The translations under genes and the position numbers were made by a program. The notes below the pieces were generated by a model. The model was not told where the DNA came from. It did not search any database and worked only from the letters and a program-made list of their open reading frames with translations. Source: Verrucomicrobiia bacterium (lineage in GTDB: Bacteria > Verrucomicrobiota > Verrucomicrobiia > Palsa-1439). Taken from it: a stretch of DNA of 64,000 nucleotides. This document shows positions 45,764-54,700 of the stretch, piece by piece (within the stretch, counting starts at the first letter, position 1; every line of letters begins with the position of its first letter). The DNA is taken from NCBI GenBank assembly GCA_035577545.1, contig DATLVI010000013.1, positions 67,778 through 131,777 on the forward strand, given 5' to 3'.

Positions 45764-46678
45764 TCATCCCCCCGGAGATTTATCGGCCAAATGATCAATG
45801 CGATCCAGATTACGATCGACAGCCTCAAGATAAAGATTGCGTCCATTGCCGAAGTGGTGCGGTAAAACCTGGTGAACCTGCCCCCATTGTTTCTCGAGCA
45901 ACTGCCCTACACGACCTTCATAGAATGCCCGGGTCTGGCGCATCAGGTCTGTGGCGCCGCTGTAAGTCGTGATGCCGGCTTCCGCGAACTCGCGGTACAA
46001 CGCGGGCAACCGTTCGGGGTAATCATCAGCAGCCATTTGACCAAGCATGTCGCCGGCGCCGAGTGCGCTCCCGAGGAACCGTTCACGCTGGTCCCGAAAC
46101 TCAAGCTTTGAAGTGTCAACTTCGATGCCAGTGCAGTTAATGGCCAACTGCACGACGCGCACTTCGTCAGCGGTGACCCCCAGTGGCGGCAGAAACGTGG
46201 CGGCAAACTCGGCGCTGCGCTTCACATGAATCAGTGTGTACTTGGCCCCAGTGCCTTTGACATCACCAATCTGCTTAATGTAGCCCGTGTCATGCAATAA
46301 GATGGCGGCAACAGCGAGTTCAAAATCCCGGGCGCTGACCGTCGGCAATTGACCGCTTTTGATTTGTCCATCCAGGATTCGCAGCGTCGTAACGGTCGCC
46401 TGGCAAGTGTGTGCCAGGTCGTGGAATTTCGTGTCACAAGCCTGATATCCCGGAAAGCGACCGGCGAAAAGCTCGCCTACTTTGTTGAACACCGCGACCA
46501 GGAACTCCGTGCTGCGACCAGGGAAATCCTCGCTGAAAAGACTGCAGACGAATTGCAACGTCTCCGGTGCGCCTCGAAAATCAAGCAAATGGCCAATCGG
46601 CTTTTGGTCGGACATGAGTATCACAGGCTCGCCAATCCAGTGTTCCGATGCAACTCTAAAATCTCCCGCAATCGTCAC
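45764..46678 (-). CDS. HD-domain metal-dependent phosphohydrolase
   Basis: 304 aa. HD motif context ..FHDLAH.. and ILLHDTGY. Confidence 0.55.
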   Translation of the reverse strand: MTIAGDFRVASEHWIGEPVILMSDQKPIGHLLDFRGAPETLQFVCSLFSEDFPGRSTEFLVAVFNKVGELFAGRFPGYQACDTKFHDLAHTCQATVTTLRILDGQIKSGQLPTVSARDFELAVAAILLHDTGYIKQIGDVKGTGAKYTLIHVKRSAEFAATFLPPLGVTADEVRVVQLAINCTGIEVDTSKLEFRDQRERFLGSALGAGDMLGQMAADDYPERLPALYREFAEAGITTYSGATDLMRQTRAFYEGRVGQLLEKQWGQVHQVLPHHFGNGRNLYLEAVDRNLDRIDHLADKSPGG

Positions 46679-48180
46679 AGGCGAAAGAGCGCCTGGAGTT
46701 GGTTGCGGAAACCAGCCGTATATTGCCGTTGCTCCTCGATGGCAAGCGGCGTGGTCCCCCGGGCTGCCAGCTTCCCCTCAGTTTCCAATTTGCGTTTTGC
46801 CAGCAACTCGCTGATTTCCTGCAACACCCGGGGTTGTTGCCGGAAGACCTCCGCCAGCATTGCGCGATCGAGTTCCGCGACTTCGCAATCGGCGGTGGCC
46901 GTAACGGTGGCCGACCGTTTCTCGCCGGTAAGCAATGACATCTCGCCAAAACAGGCGCCGGAATGGAGCGCGGCCAGGTGCGTGCGGGCGCCGTTGTTTG
47001 TGACCGACACATCCGCCGTGCCAGTCATCAACACAAACATCGAGTCTCCGTTCGCATCTTGTTGGAGCATTTTTTCACCACGTCCAAATCGGTGAATCCG
47101 CACGCCAGCCAGTAGCGTCTGCAGTTGCGGATCTTCCACGGAGCGGAACAGCGAATGTTGTCGGAGCGCGGTGCGCACCGCTTCGAGGTGCGGCTCGGTC
47201 GTTAGAGCGGGAGGCGCTTGCATGTAGATCGTGCGCGTGGGATACGGGATCTTGATGTGGTGGCGCTGCAACTCATACCAGATGTTGGTGCGCACGGCAT
47301 CTTCCACCTCGTTGTACACGGTGTGATCGTCCATCCAGTACCGGAGTTCATACACGTTGGCAAAATCTCCAAAGTTTTTGAGGTAGACCTGCGGAGGAGG
47401 ATTCGCGAGCACATGCTCGACGGTAGCGGCTGCATGCGCCAGAACGTCCTTTACGCGGTTGGGAGGCTCTGCCTGGTCAATTCCCAACTCCAACCGCATG
47501 GCGTGCTTGCGAACCGGGTAATAGAGATTGGCAATGGTCTGACGGGCAATCTGGCTGTTGGGCACGTCCAGCCACAAGTCGTCGTTCGTCCGCACGCGGG
47601 TGGATCGCCAGCTCATCTCCATGACTTCGACGTGCCGATGCTCAAAGAGCAGCCAATCCCCGACCTTGAATGGCTTCTCGAAATGGAGCACACAGCCCGC
47701 AATCACATTGGCCAGGAGATCCTGGGCCGCCAAACCAACCGCCAGCGCAAGAATGCCGGAGCCCGCGAGCAGGCCGGGGATTTGGATGTGAAAACCAACG
47801 CTGAGGATCAACAGAACGGCTGTGCTCAGAATCGCCAGTGCGACCACGTCGCGCACCACGCGAGGAACTACAATCTTGCGTTTCTGCTCGAAGTAGAGTT
47901 CCCACACCATCCGCCGGGTCAACGAAACCGCCAGCAGGGCAGACAGCAAAACCGTGGCGGCTCCGAGGGCGTCCCGCCACCACATGGTGGGCGCGGTGAG
48001 GCTCGTTGCGATATAGAGGGCCAACGCGCCACTGAACATTTCATAGAGCACACCCCAACGCATCCCCACACGCTGCTTCAACCACCGTCCCCCGGCCAGG
48101 AGCACAAGGTACGCCACCAGCGCGGTCACCGGCAGCAACACGCCTACTTCGCCAGCCGTTCTCCAATTCAAGACAGCCAT
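46675..48180 (-). CDS. Mechanosensitive channel (MscS family) fused to a C-terminal cyclic-nucleotide-binding domain (bCNG-type)
   Basis: Start at the internal Met MAVLNWRTAGE (~48180; the ORF upstream is Arg/Ser-rich junk). TM helices, then an MscS core (GDWLLFEHRHVEVMEMSWRSTRVRTNDDLWLDVPNS). C-terminal CNB domain (FGRGEKMLQQDANGDSMFVLMTG..FGEMSLLTGEKRSATVTA). Confidence 0.7.
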   Translation of the reverse strand: MAVLNWRTAGEVGVLLPVTALVAYLVLLAGGRWLKQRVGMRWGVLYEMFSGALALYIATSLTAPTMWWRDALGAATVLLSALLAVSLTRRMVWELYFEQKRKIVVPRVVRDVVALAILSTAVLLILSVGFHIQIPGLLAGSGILALAVGLAAQDLLANVIAGCVLHFEKPFKVGDWLLFEHRHVEVMEMSWRSTRVRTNDDLWLDVPNSQIARQTIANLYYPVRKHAMRLELGIDQAEPPNRVKDVLAHAAATVEHVLANPPPQVYLKNFGDFANVYELRYWMDDHTVYNEVEDAVRTNIWYELQRHHIKIPYPTRTIYMQAPPALTTEPHLEAVRTALRQHSLFRSVEDPQLQTLLAGVRIHRFGRGEKMLQQDANGDSMFVLMTGTADVSVTNNGARTHLAALHSGACFGEMSLLTGEKRSATVTATADCEVAELDRAMLAEVFRQQPRVLQEISELLAKRKLETEGKLAARGTTPLAIEEQRQYTAGFRNQLQALFRL

Positions 48181-48253
48181 CACGGGGCCGCATACTAGCC
48201 GCGGCTCGTACCGGTGGCAAAGCTTTACTCTGCGCGTCAGGGCCAGTATAAAC

Positions 48254-50458
48254 ATGCGCGAGCGGGGGCTCGTGATGACAAAGTGCATTGGTGACGGACG
48301 ATGTCGATTATTAATCCGGTTGGTTGCCTTGCTTTGGCTGGGCACCGCATCGTTATTTGCGGATCCCGCGACCGCTGGCAACACCAATGGCCAGATTGCG
48401 GCCTTGATCAAGTTGTCCGCAGCCTGCCAATCGTCCGGACAGCATCCGCGCGCGGAACAGCTTCTCCAGGAAGCGGTCGATCTCGCCAAATCATCAGGCG
48501 ATCGCAATGCGTTGATTTTGGCGATGAGTAAACTGGGCGCCGCTTGCACGATGACGCGGCAGTTGAACCGCGCAGAGACATTGTTGCGCGAGAGCCTGGA
48601 GATGGCGCGTGCCGATGGAAACCTGCAAATGACAGGCGCCATCCTGAACGATCTCGGCAATGTGTTGGGATTGCGCCAGAAGTATGCGGAGGCACTCGAT
48701 GTATTTCAGCAAAGCGTTGCCGAGGCTCGCAAAGGCGGCAATAAACTGCTCATCGCCCAGGCCCTGTGCAACGCAGCCTCAACAGCCGCGCGGGCTGGCA
48801 TGATACAGCAAGTCGACACATTGAACGCAGAGGCGCTCGATCAGATCGCGCAACTCGACGCATCGCACGAGAAAGCATACTTATTCATCACCGCCGGTGA
48901 GACTGATGCTGCCCAACAGCATTCGCAGCGCGCGCAACAATCTTATCAACATGCGCTGGACGTTGCCGAAGCGATTGGCGACCACGGCGCTGCCAGTTAC
49001 GCTCTCGGGTATTCCGGCGAACTTTACGAGCGCGACAAGCAGCTTGATCAAGCATCGTCCTTTACCCGCCGGGCGATTTTTGAGGCGCAACAAGCCCGGA
49101 TGCCGGAAGCATTGTACCGCTGGGAATGGCAATCCGGCCGGCTCCTGAAAAGGCAAGGTGAGACGGAGCAAGCAATGGCAGCATACCGGCGTGCGATCCA
49201 AACCCTGCAACCGATTCGGCACGACATTTCTCTCGGCAATGGCAACGCGACGACCCACGTTTCGTTTCGCGAGGCGGAAGGACCATTGTACTTCGAAATG
49301 GCTGACCTGCTACTCCAACAAGCCGGTCATTCGAAAGATCCACAGCCGCTGCTGCTGGAAGCGCGTGATACGGTGGAGCAACTTAAGGCGGTTGAGCTGG
49401 AGGATTATTTTCAGGATGAGTGTGTCAATGTTGCGCGCGCACGGACCAGGTCACTCGAGGCCGTGGACGGCCACACGGCAATCGTGTACCTGATCCCGCT
49501 TGGCACGCGCACGGAAGTGTTGGTGGGCCTGGCATCCGGCCTGCACGACTTCACGGTGGACGTTGGAGTGGACACGCTGGCGGCGGAAGTCCGGGAGTTT
49601 CGGCGCAACCTGGAAACACGCACGTCATATGGCTACCTCGCTGAAGCGCGACAGCTTTACGACTGGATCATCCGCCCGATACACGGCCTATTGATTGAGA
49701 ACCGCATCGACACGCTGGTGTTCGTGCCGGACGGCGCGCTACGCACAATCCCATTCGCCACCTTGCATGATGGAAAGAAGTTTTTGATCGAAGAATACGC
49801 AGTAGCGGTGGCACCGGGTCTTTCGCTGATTGAACCGCGCCCGATCCAACGGGCGAACGCGCGTCTGCTATTGGGCGGATTATCGGCATCCGTGCAGGGG
49901 TATCCGTCCTTGAATTTTGTGCCTGCTGAACTGCATGATATCGAACCGATGTATCCCAGTGAGACGTTGTTGAACAAAGACTTCGTGTTGCCGTCGATCA
50001 CCGGGAAACTTACCAAGGAACAATACAGCATCGTCCACATTGCCTCGCATGGTCAGTTCAATAGCGATGCGCACAAAACGTTTGTACTGACCTACGATGG
50101 GAAATTGACATTGGATGATCTGGAAGCGTTGATTCGTCCCAGCCAGTATCGCGGCAAACCGGTGGAACTCCTGGTGTTGAGCGCGTGCCAGACCGCGTCC
50201 GGCGACGATCGCGCCGCGCTGGGGTTGGCCGGCGTGGCGATCAAGGCCGGCGCGCGCAGTGCGCTGGCCTCGCTGTGGTTCGTGAACGACCAATCTACCT
50301 CTGCATTGATTTCCGAATTCTATCACCAGTTGCGCGAATCGCCATCCGTCTCAAAAGCCCGGGCGTTGCAAGCGGCCCAAATCAAGATGCTGAACGACCC
50401 ACGCTACCGGCATCCGTGCTATTGGGCACCGTACTTGATCATCGGGAATTGGCTGTGA
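48254..50458 (+). CDS. TPR-repeat + CHAT-domain (caspase-like protease) protein, secreted or periplasmic
   Basis: 734 aa. N-terminal hydrophobic signal. TPR-like repeats (ALILAMSKLGAACTM.., ALDVFQQSVAEARK..). C-terminal CHAT domain with His/Cys dyad context IVHIASHGQF and LLVLSACQTASGDD. Confidence 0.7.
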   Translation: MRERGLVMTKCIGDGRCRLLIRLVALLWLGTASLFADPATAGNTNGQIAALIKLSAACQSSGQHPRAEQLLQEAVDLAKSSGDRNALILAMSKLGAACTMTRQLNRAETLLRESLEMARADGNLQMTGAILNDLGNVLGLRQKYAEALDVFQQSVAEARKGGNKLLIAQALCNAASTAARAGMIQQVDTLNAEALDQIAQLDASHEKAYLFITAGETDAAQQHSQRAQQSYQHALDVAEAIGDHGAASYALGYSGELYERDKQLDQASSFTRRAIFEAQQARMPEALYRWEWQSGRLLKRQGETEQAMAAYRRAIQTLQPIRHDISLGNGNATTHVSFREAEGPLYFEMADLLLQQAGHSKDPQPLLLEARDTVEQLKAVELEDYFQDECVNVARARTRSLEAVDGHTAIVYLIPLGTRTEVLVGLASGLHDFTVDVGVDTLAAEVREFRRNLETRTSYGYLAEARQLYDWIIRPIHGLLIENRIDTLVFVPDGALRTIPFATLHDGKKFLIEEYAVAVAPGLSLIEPRPIQRANARLLLGGLSASVQGYPSLNFVPAELHDIEPMYPSETLLNKDFVLPSITGKLTKEQYSIVHIASHGQFNSDAHKTFVLTYDGKLTLDDLEALIRPSQYRGKPVELLVLSACQTASGDDRAALGLAGVAIKAGARSALASLWFVNDQSTSALISEFYHQLRESPSVSKARALQAAQIKMLNDPRYRHPCYWAPYLIIGNWL

Positions 50459-52377
50459 AGTTGTCTCCGCGGTTGGTGGGTTTGTTGATCGTCCTCGCGG
50501 TGTTCTTCTCCGCACTTTTGGTCCGACGGCTGGGGTGGTTACAATTCCTCGAGTTTCGCGCCTACGATTTCTTCATCCAACAGCAACCGAAGGCCGTAAC
50601 AAGTGACCCGATCGTGTTGGTGGAGATGACCGAGAAGGACATTCAAAGCCCGACGCTGGATTATCCGATTACCGACGATAAGCTGGCGGAATTGCTGAGC
50701 ATTTTGGAGGCGCAACAACCCGCAGTGATCGGACTGGACATCTGGCGCGACATCCCGGTGCCGAAAAACGGCGTGCACTTTCGCCAGCTCAACGAGACGT
50801 TGCTCGCGCACACCAATATCGTTGCCATTTTCACCCTGGGAGGGATCGGGCCGCCGCAGGCGCTGGCAGCGAATCCCGAACGACTGGGGTTCAATGACAA
50901 TCTGCCCGTCGACGACCGGGTGGATAAAACGACACCGAAAGTCCGGCGCGGCCTGCTGATTGGCGATTCGAAATCCGGGCAGAGCTTCGATTCGATCGCG
51001 TTTCGTGTGGCAGAAGTCTATTTGGAGCGGCAGGGCATTGTGCCACGATTCGATCCTGCCGATCCTGACTCGTTTCAACTGGGCAAGACGCGACTGCGGG
51101 CATTCGAGGCAAACGACGGCGCGTACGTGGGCGCCGACGCTCGCGGCTGGCAAATACTGCTCGACTTCAAGTGTCCGGACGAGTTCGCCCGACATTCGGT
51201 CGGCGAGGCGCTCGCTGGCGGAATCCCACCTGGCAGCCTGCGCGGCAAAATTGTGTTGGTGGGGATGAATGCGCCAAGCGTCTCTGACGAGCGCGTCACG
51301 CCGATTCGTTCCAATCATCATGGTATCGAGGTGCAGGCGCAGATTATTCATCAATTGTTGCGCGCGGCACTCAACGGCGAGAGACCGCTCCGGTTCTGGA
51401 AGGACTGGGAAGAGGATGCCTGGATGTTGTTGTGGTGCCTGGTCGGCGGGGCGATCGGTTACTGGATCCGGTCTCCGTGGCGGTTCCTTGCGGCCATTGG
51501 GCTGGTACTGCTCGCGCTGGGCTGGATCGCGTGGCGATCATTTCTCGCGGGTTGGTGGATTCCGTTGATGGCCCCGGTGGCAGCCTGCCTGCCGGCAGCG
51601 GCATTGATGACGTCATACATTTCCTTTGAAGAACGAAAACAGCGCGGCCAACTCATGCAGTTGTTTTCCAATCAGGTGTCACCCGACATCGCGCAGGCGC
51701 TTTGGGAACAGCGGCATGAGTTCCTGGCCGGCAATCGCCCGCGTTCACAAAAGCTAATCGCTACCGTTCTCTTCACCGATCTCAAAGGCTTTTCGGGCAC
51801 CTCGGAAGGACTGGAGCCTGCGCAGTTAATGGACTGGCTTAATGAATACATGGAAGCGATGGCCAACGCCGTGATGGCTGAACAAGGCGTGGTCGAGAAA
51901 TACATCGGCGACTCGATCATGGCCGTTTTTGGCGTCCCGATCGCGCGCGTGTCGCAGGAGCAGATTACGCAGGACGCCCGCAACGCCATTTGCTGCGCCC
52001 TGGCCATGCGCAAAGAAATGGAGCGGCTCAATGCGGAGTGGAAACAGCGAAATATGCCGGTCTGTAGTATGCGCATCGGCATTCACACCGGGCCGCTGGT
52101 GGCCGGTAGCCTCGGCAGCGTCGAGCGACAGGAGTACACGGTCATCGGCGATGCGGTGAACACGGCATCACGGTTGGAAAGCTTCGATAAGGACACCGGC
52201 TCCAATGACAGCGTCTGCCGCATCCTCATCAGTGAAGCAACGAAACTGTTATTAGGTGAAGAGTTTGAGCTGAGCCCATTGGGTACAATGAGCTTGAAAA
52301 ACAAGAGTGAGAAAGTCATCATCCATCGCGTGGTTGGGCGAGCCAGCCGCGAACCCGGAGGTCAGCGTGAGAATTAA
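50455..52377 (+). CDS. CHASE2 extracytoplasmic sensor domain fused to a class III adenylate/guanylate cyclase
   Basis: GTG start overlaps the CHAT gene stop (GTGA). N-terminal TM + CHASE2 region, 3 TM helices, then a cyclase domain (ATVLFTDLKGFSGTSE, IGDSIMAVFG, IGIHTGPLVAGSLGS..YTVIGDAVNTASRLES). Confidence 0.7.
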   Translation: MKLSPRLVGLLIVLAVFFSALLVRRLGWLQFLEFRAYDFFIQQQPKAVTSDPIVLVEMTEKDIQSPTLDYPITDDKLAELLSILEAQQPAVIGLDIWRDIPVPKNGVHFRQLNETLLAHTNIVAIFTLGGIGPPQALAANPERLGFNDNLPVDDRVDKTTPKVRRGLLIGDSKSGQSFDSIAFRVAEVYLERQGIVPRFDPADPDSFQLGKTRLRAFEANDGAYVGADARGWQILLDFKCPDEFARHSVGEALAGGIPPGSLRGKIVLVGMNAPSVSDERVTPIRSNHHGIEVQAQIIHQLLRAALNGERPLRFWKDWEEDAWMLLWCLVGGAIGYWIRSPWRFLAAIGLVLLALGWIAWRSFLAGWWIPLMAPVAACLPAAALMTSYISFEERKQRGQLMQLFSNQVSPDIAQALWEQRHEFLAGNRPRSQKLIATVLFTDLKGFSGTSEGLEPAQLMDWLNEYMEAMANAVMAEQGVVEKYIGDSIMAVFGVPIARVSQEQITQDARNAICCALAMRKEMERLNAEWKQRNMPVCSMRIGIHTGPLVAGSLGSVERQEYTVIGDAVNTASRLESFDKDTGSNDSVCRILISEATKLLLGEEFELSPLGTMSLKNKSEKVIIHRVVGRASREPGGQREN

Positions 52378-53095
52378 TTTGTGGCGTTGTGGCGCGTTGC
52401 TTGTCGGTCTGTGCGTGATGCTACCGGTCGCGGCCCGGTCGGAGGACAAGCCGTCTCCGCCGGCCGGGGAAACTGTCCCACCGGTGAAGTTTCGACCGCC
52501 CTCGCGCGGCGCACCGGCCACGCGCCTGACCGGCGGATCGCGCGGCAGTGGGGACGCGACAATCACTTTGGACGTACTGGCTCCCGACGAGACCGGCTTG
52601 ACAACTCAGGAACAACCCTCGCTGTTCTGGTATCAATCCAAACCCGCCGCGGCAAAGTTCGAGTTGACGCTGTTGGAAGAGAACAAGCTCAAGCCCTTAC
52701 TCCAGGTCAAATTCGAGCGTTCCAGCAAGGCCGGCATTCAACGAATCAAACTCTCCGAGCACGGCGTGAAGCTTGCGCCCAATGTTGAATACCAGTGGGT
52801 CGTCGCGCTGGTCACCGATCCTGACAACCGTTCGAGCGACTTGGTGGCCAGTGGAGCGATCAAACGCATCGAGCCGTCCGCCGAGTTGCGAGCCAGGATT
52901 GCCGGGGCTGGCCCGGCGGCCCTGCCCGGTATCTACGCCGAGGCCGGTATCTGGCATGACGCGCTGGAAACTCTTTCGGATATGGTCGATGCCCGGCCCA
53001 ACGACAAAGCATTGCGCCAGGCGCGCGCCGATTTATTGACCCAAGTGGGCCTGAAGGCCGCCGCAAGTTCCGAAGGCGCGCTCGCCAGGAAATAA
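52367..53095 (+). CDS. Secreted DUF928-like protein
   Basis: Probable GTG start overlapping the cyclase stop. Signal peptide LVGLCVMLPVAARS. The DUF928 assignment rests on my recollection of the family (PSLFWY.. region) and its known co-occurrence with CHAT/CHASE2/TPS genes in cyanobacteria; it needs an HMM check. Confidence 0.4.
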   Translation: MRINLWRCGALLVGLCVMLPVAARSEDKPSPPAGETVPPVKFRPPSRGAPATRLTGGSRGSGDATITLDVLAPDETGLTTQEQPSLFWYQSKPAAAKFELTLLEENKLKPLLQVKFERSSKAGIQRIKLSEHGVKLAPNVEYQWVVALVTDPDNRSSDLVASGAIKRIEPSAELRARIAGAGPAALPGIYAEAGIWHDALETLSDMVDARPNDKALRQARADLLTQVGLKAAASSEGALARK

Positions 53096-54700
53096 TCAGA
53101 ACGCCACGAGGTTCGCCTGAAAATGCAGCCCGAGGTCCTGGGCGTTGTCATTCGGGATGGAGATGCGGTTCAGCCGGTAGCCCCAGTAAAGCTGGGCGTT
53201 GAAGCGCTTGTTGGGAGTAATCAACACTCCCAAGCCGACACTGTAGATCGTGCTTGGACTTTGTGAATCATTGACGTTCCACGCACCGCCGTAATCAAAG
53301 AAGGGCGCCAACTGGACGATCCCGTTGCCAGCTTTGTCGAAAAGCACCGGCACCCGAAACTCCGCCGACGACACCAGGCCGCGGTCGCGCACCAGTTGAT
53401 TTTCCACATAGCCCCGCACGGTGTCCGCCCCACCAACGCTGATTTGTTCGAGCGCCAGCAATTTGTCGTCGGTCCATTGCCCGGCGACGCGCAAGATAAG
53501 TTGGTTCGGCGTGTTGAAGAGGCGTTGGATGTACTGCGCCTGACCCAGCCAGGCAAAAAACTTCCCGTTCGGATCGCCAGCCACCCTGTCGTCCGTTGCG
53601 CCAAGCACATCCAAACCAACATTGAAGGTGGATCGCAACGCGAGCACATGATTCTGGCCGCGGTCGATGAACTCTTGCGACAATCCCAAAACCGCTGCTG
53701 TCATCTGGCCGTTCGTAGCTCCCGGCGAGATATCGAACGGCTGGCCGAAGAGCGTGGAATTGTTCTGACGCCGGTCGAATGCGACCGATAGCGCCACTTC
53801 ACGATTCGCCGTCTGATACACCGGTTGGCGCAACGTGACGCCCAAGTCAACGGTTTCGCTACTGATGTTCAGTGTAGTGAACGGATTTTCGACGATGCTG
53901 GTGTCCTGCCGGCTGGCGCGGACGCCGAGAGTGGTGTTGTAACGGTTCAGTGGCAACGCATAGTTGCCGCCGATATTGTGCCACCCGGAAAGTCCCCAGC
54001 CATCATTCTCGCCGGCATTCGCGATTCCATACGTCACATCCAGCGGGTCGCTGTGTCCGGTCAGATTCAGATCTGCCGCCAGTAGAGAGATCTCTTCCGC
54101 GCCGACGCTGGGCGGCCGGTGATTGTCGATCTGGAGGCCGACCCGAAACGGTTGCTGATCCACAACGCGTAAATCCAGAATACTCTGGCCGGGAGCGGTG
54201 CCCGGCTCCAATTCGGCGTTGATCTGTTTGATATTTGGATTCTGCCGGAGAACTTGCAAACCCTCTTTCAGCTTGTTCATGTCGAGCGGCGGGCCGCTCC
54301 GAAGCTGTAATCGGCTGGTGATGTAGTCGTCGCGCAACCATTTATTTCCGTGCAACTCAATCCTGGATAAAATGCCCTCGACGATGCGAATCGTAATGAC
54401 ACCGTTTTCGGGGGTTTGATCCGGGATGAGGGCACCGGAGTTGAGATACCCGTGGTTGATGTAGTAGACAGTGACGGCACGACGCGCGTCTTCCAGTTCT
54501 TCGGTGGTGATCTCACGGTTCGCATAGGGCGCGGTGATTTTCGCCAGGACTTCCGACGAAAAGGCGGTATTACCCTCAAATCGAAATCCATGGACGAACA
54601 GCCGCGCGCTAGTGGACAGCCTCTGCGCACCGGCGGTTTGCGCAAGTAATACCAGTCCAAATAACGCCAGGACGTGGCGGACTCTCCTACTCGCCATCAT
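53096..54700 (-). CDS. TpsB (ShlB/FhaC/HecB family) two-partner-secretion outer-membrane transporter
   Basis: Start at MMASRRVRHVLALFGLVLLAQTAGA (signal). POTRA-like N-terminal region (FRFEGNTAFSSEVL), then a beta-barrel ending in aromatic-rich ..FQANLVAF. Confidence 0.75.
   Translation of the reverse strand: MMASRRVRHVLALFGLVLLAQTAGAQRLSTSARLFVHGFRFEGNTAFSSEVLAKITAPYANREITTEELEDARRAVTVYYINHGYLNSGALIPDQTPENGVITIRIVEGILSRIELHGNKWLRDDYITSRLQLRSGPPLDMNKLKEGLQVLRQNPNIKQINAELEPGTAPGQSILDLRVVDQQPFRVGLQIDNHRPPSVGAEEISLLAADLNLTGHSDPLDVTYGIANAGENDGWGLSGWHNIGGNYALPLNRYNTTLGVRASRQDTSIVENPFTTLNISSETVDLGVTLRQPVYQTANREVALSVAFDRRQNNSTLFGQPFDISPGATNGQMTAAVLGLSQEFIDRGQNHVLALRSTFNVGLDVLGATDDRVAGDPNGKFFAWLGQAQYIQRLFNTPNQLILRVAGQWTDDKLLALEQISVGGADTVRGYVENQLVRDRGLVSSAEFRVPVLFDKAGNGIVQLAPFFDYGGAWNVNDSQSPSTIYSVGLGVLITPNKRFNAQLYWGYRLNRISIPNDNAQDLGLHFQANLVAF

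Noticed and set aside
47218-48198. 326-aa + ORF
   Set aside because: Antisense to the MscS-CNB channel gene.
50539-51354. 271-aa minus ORF
   Set aside because: Antisense to the CHASE2-cyclase gene.
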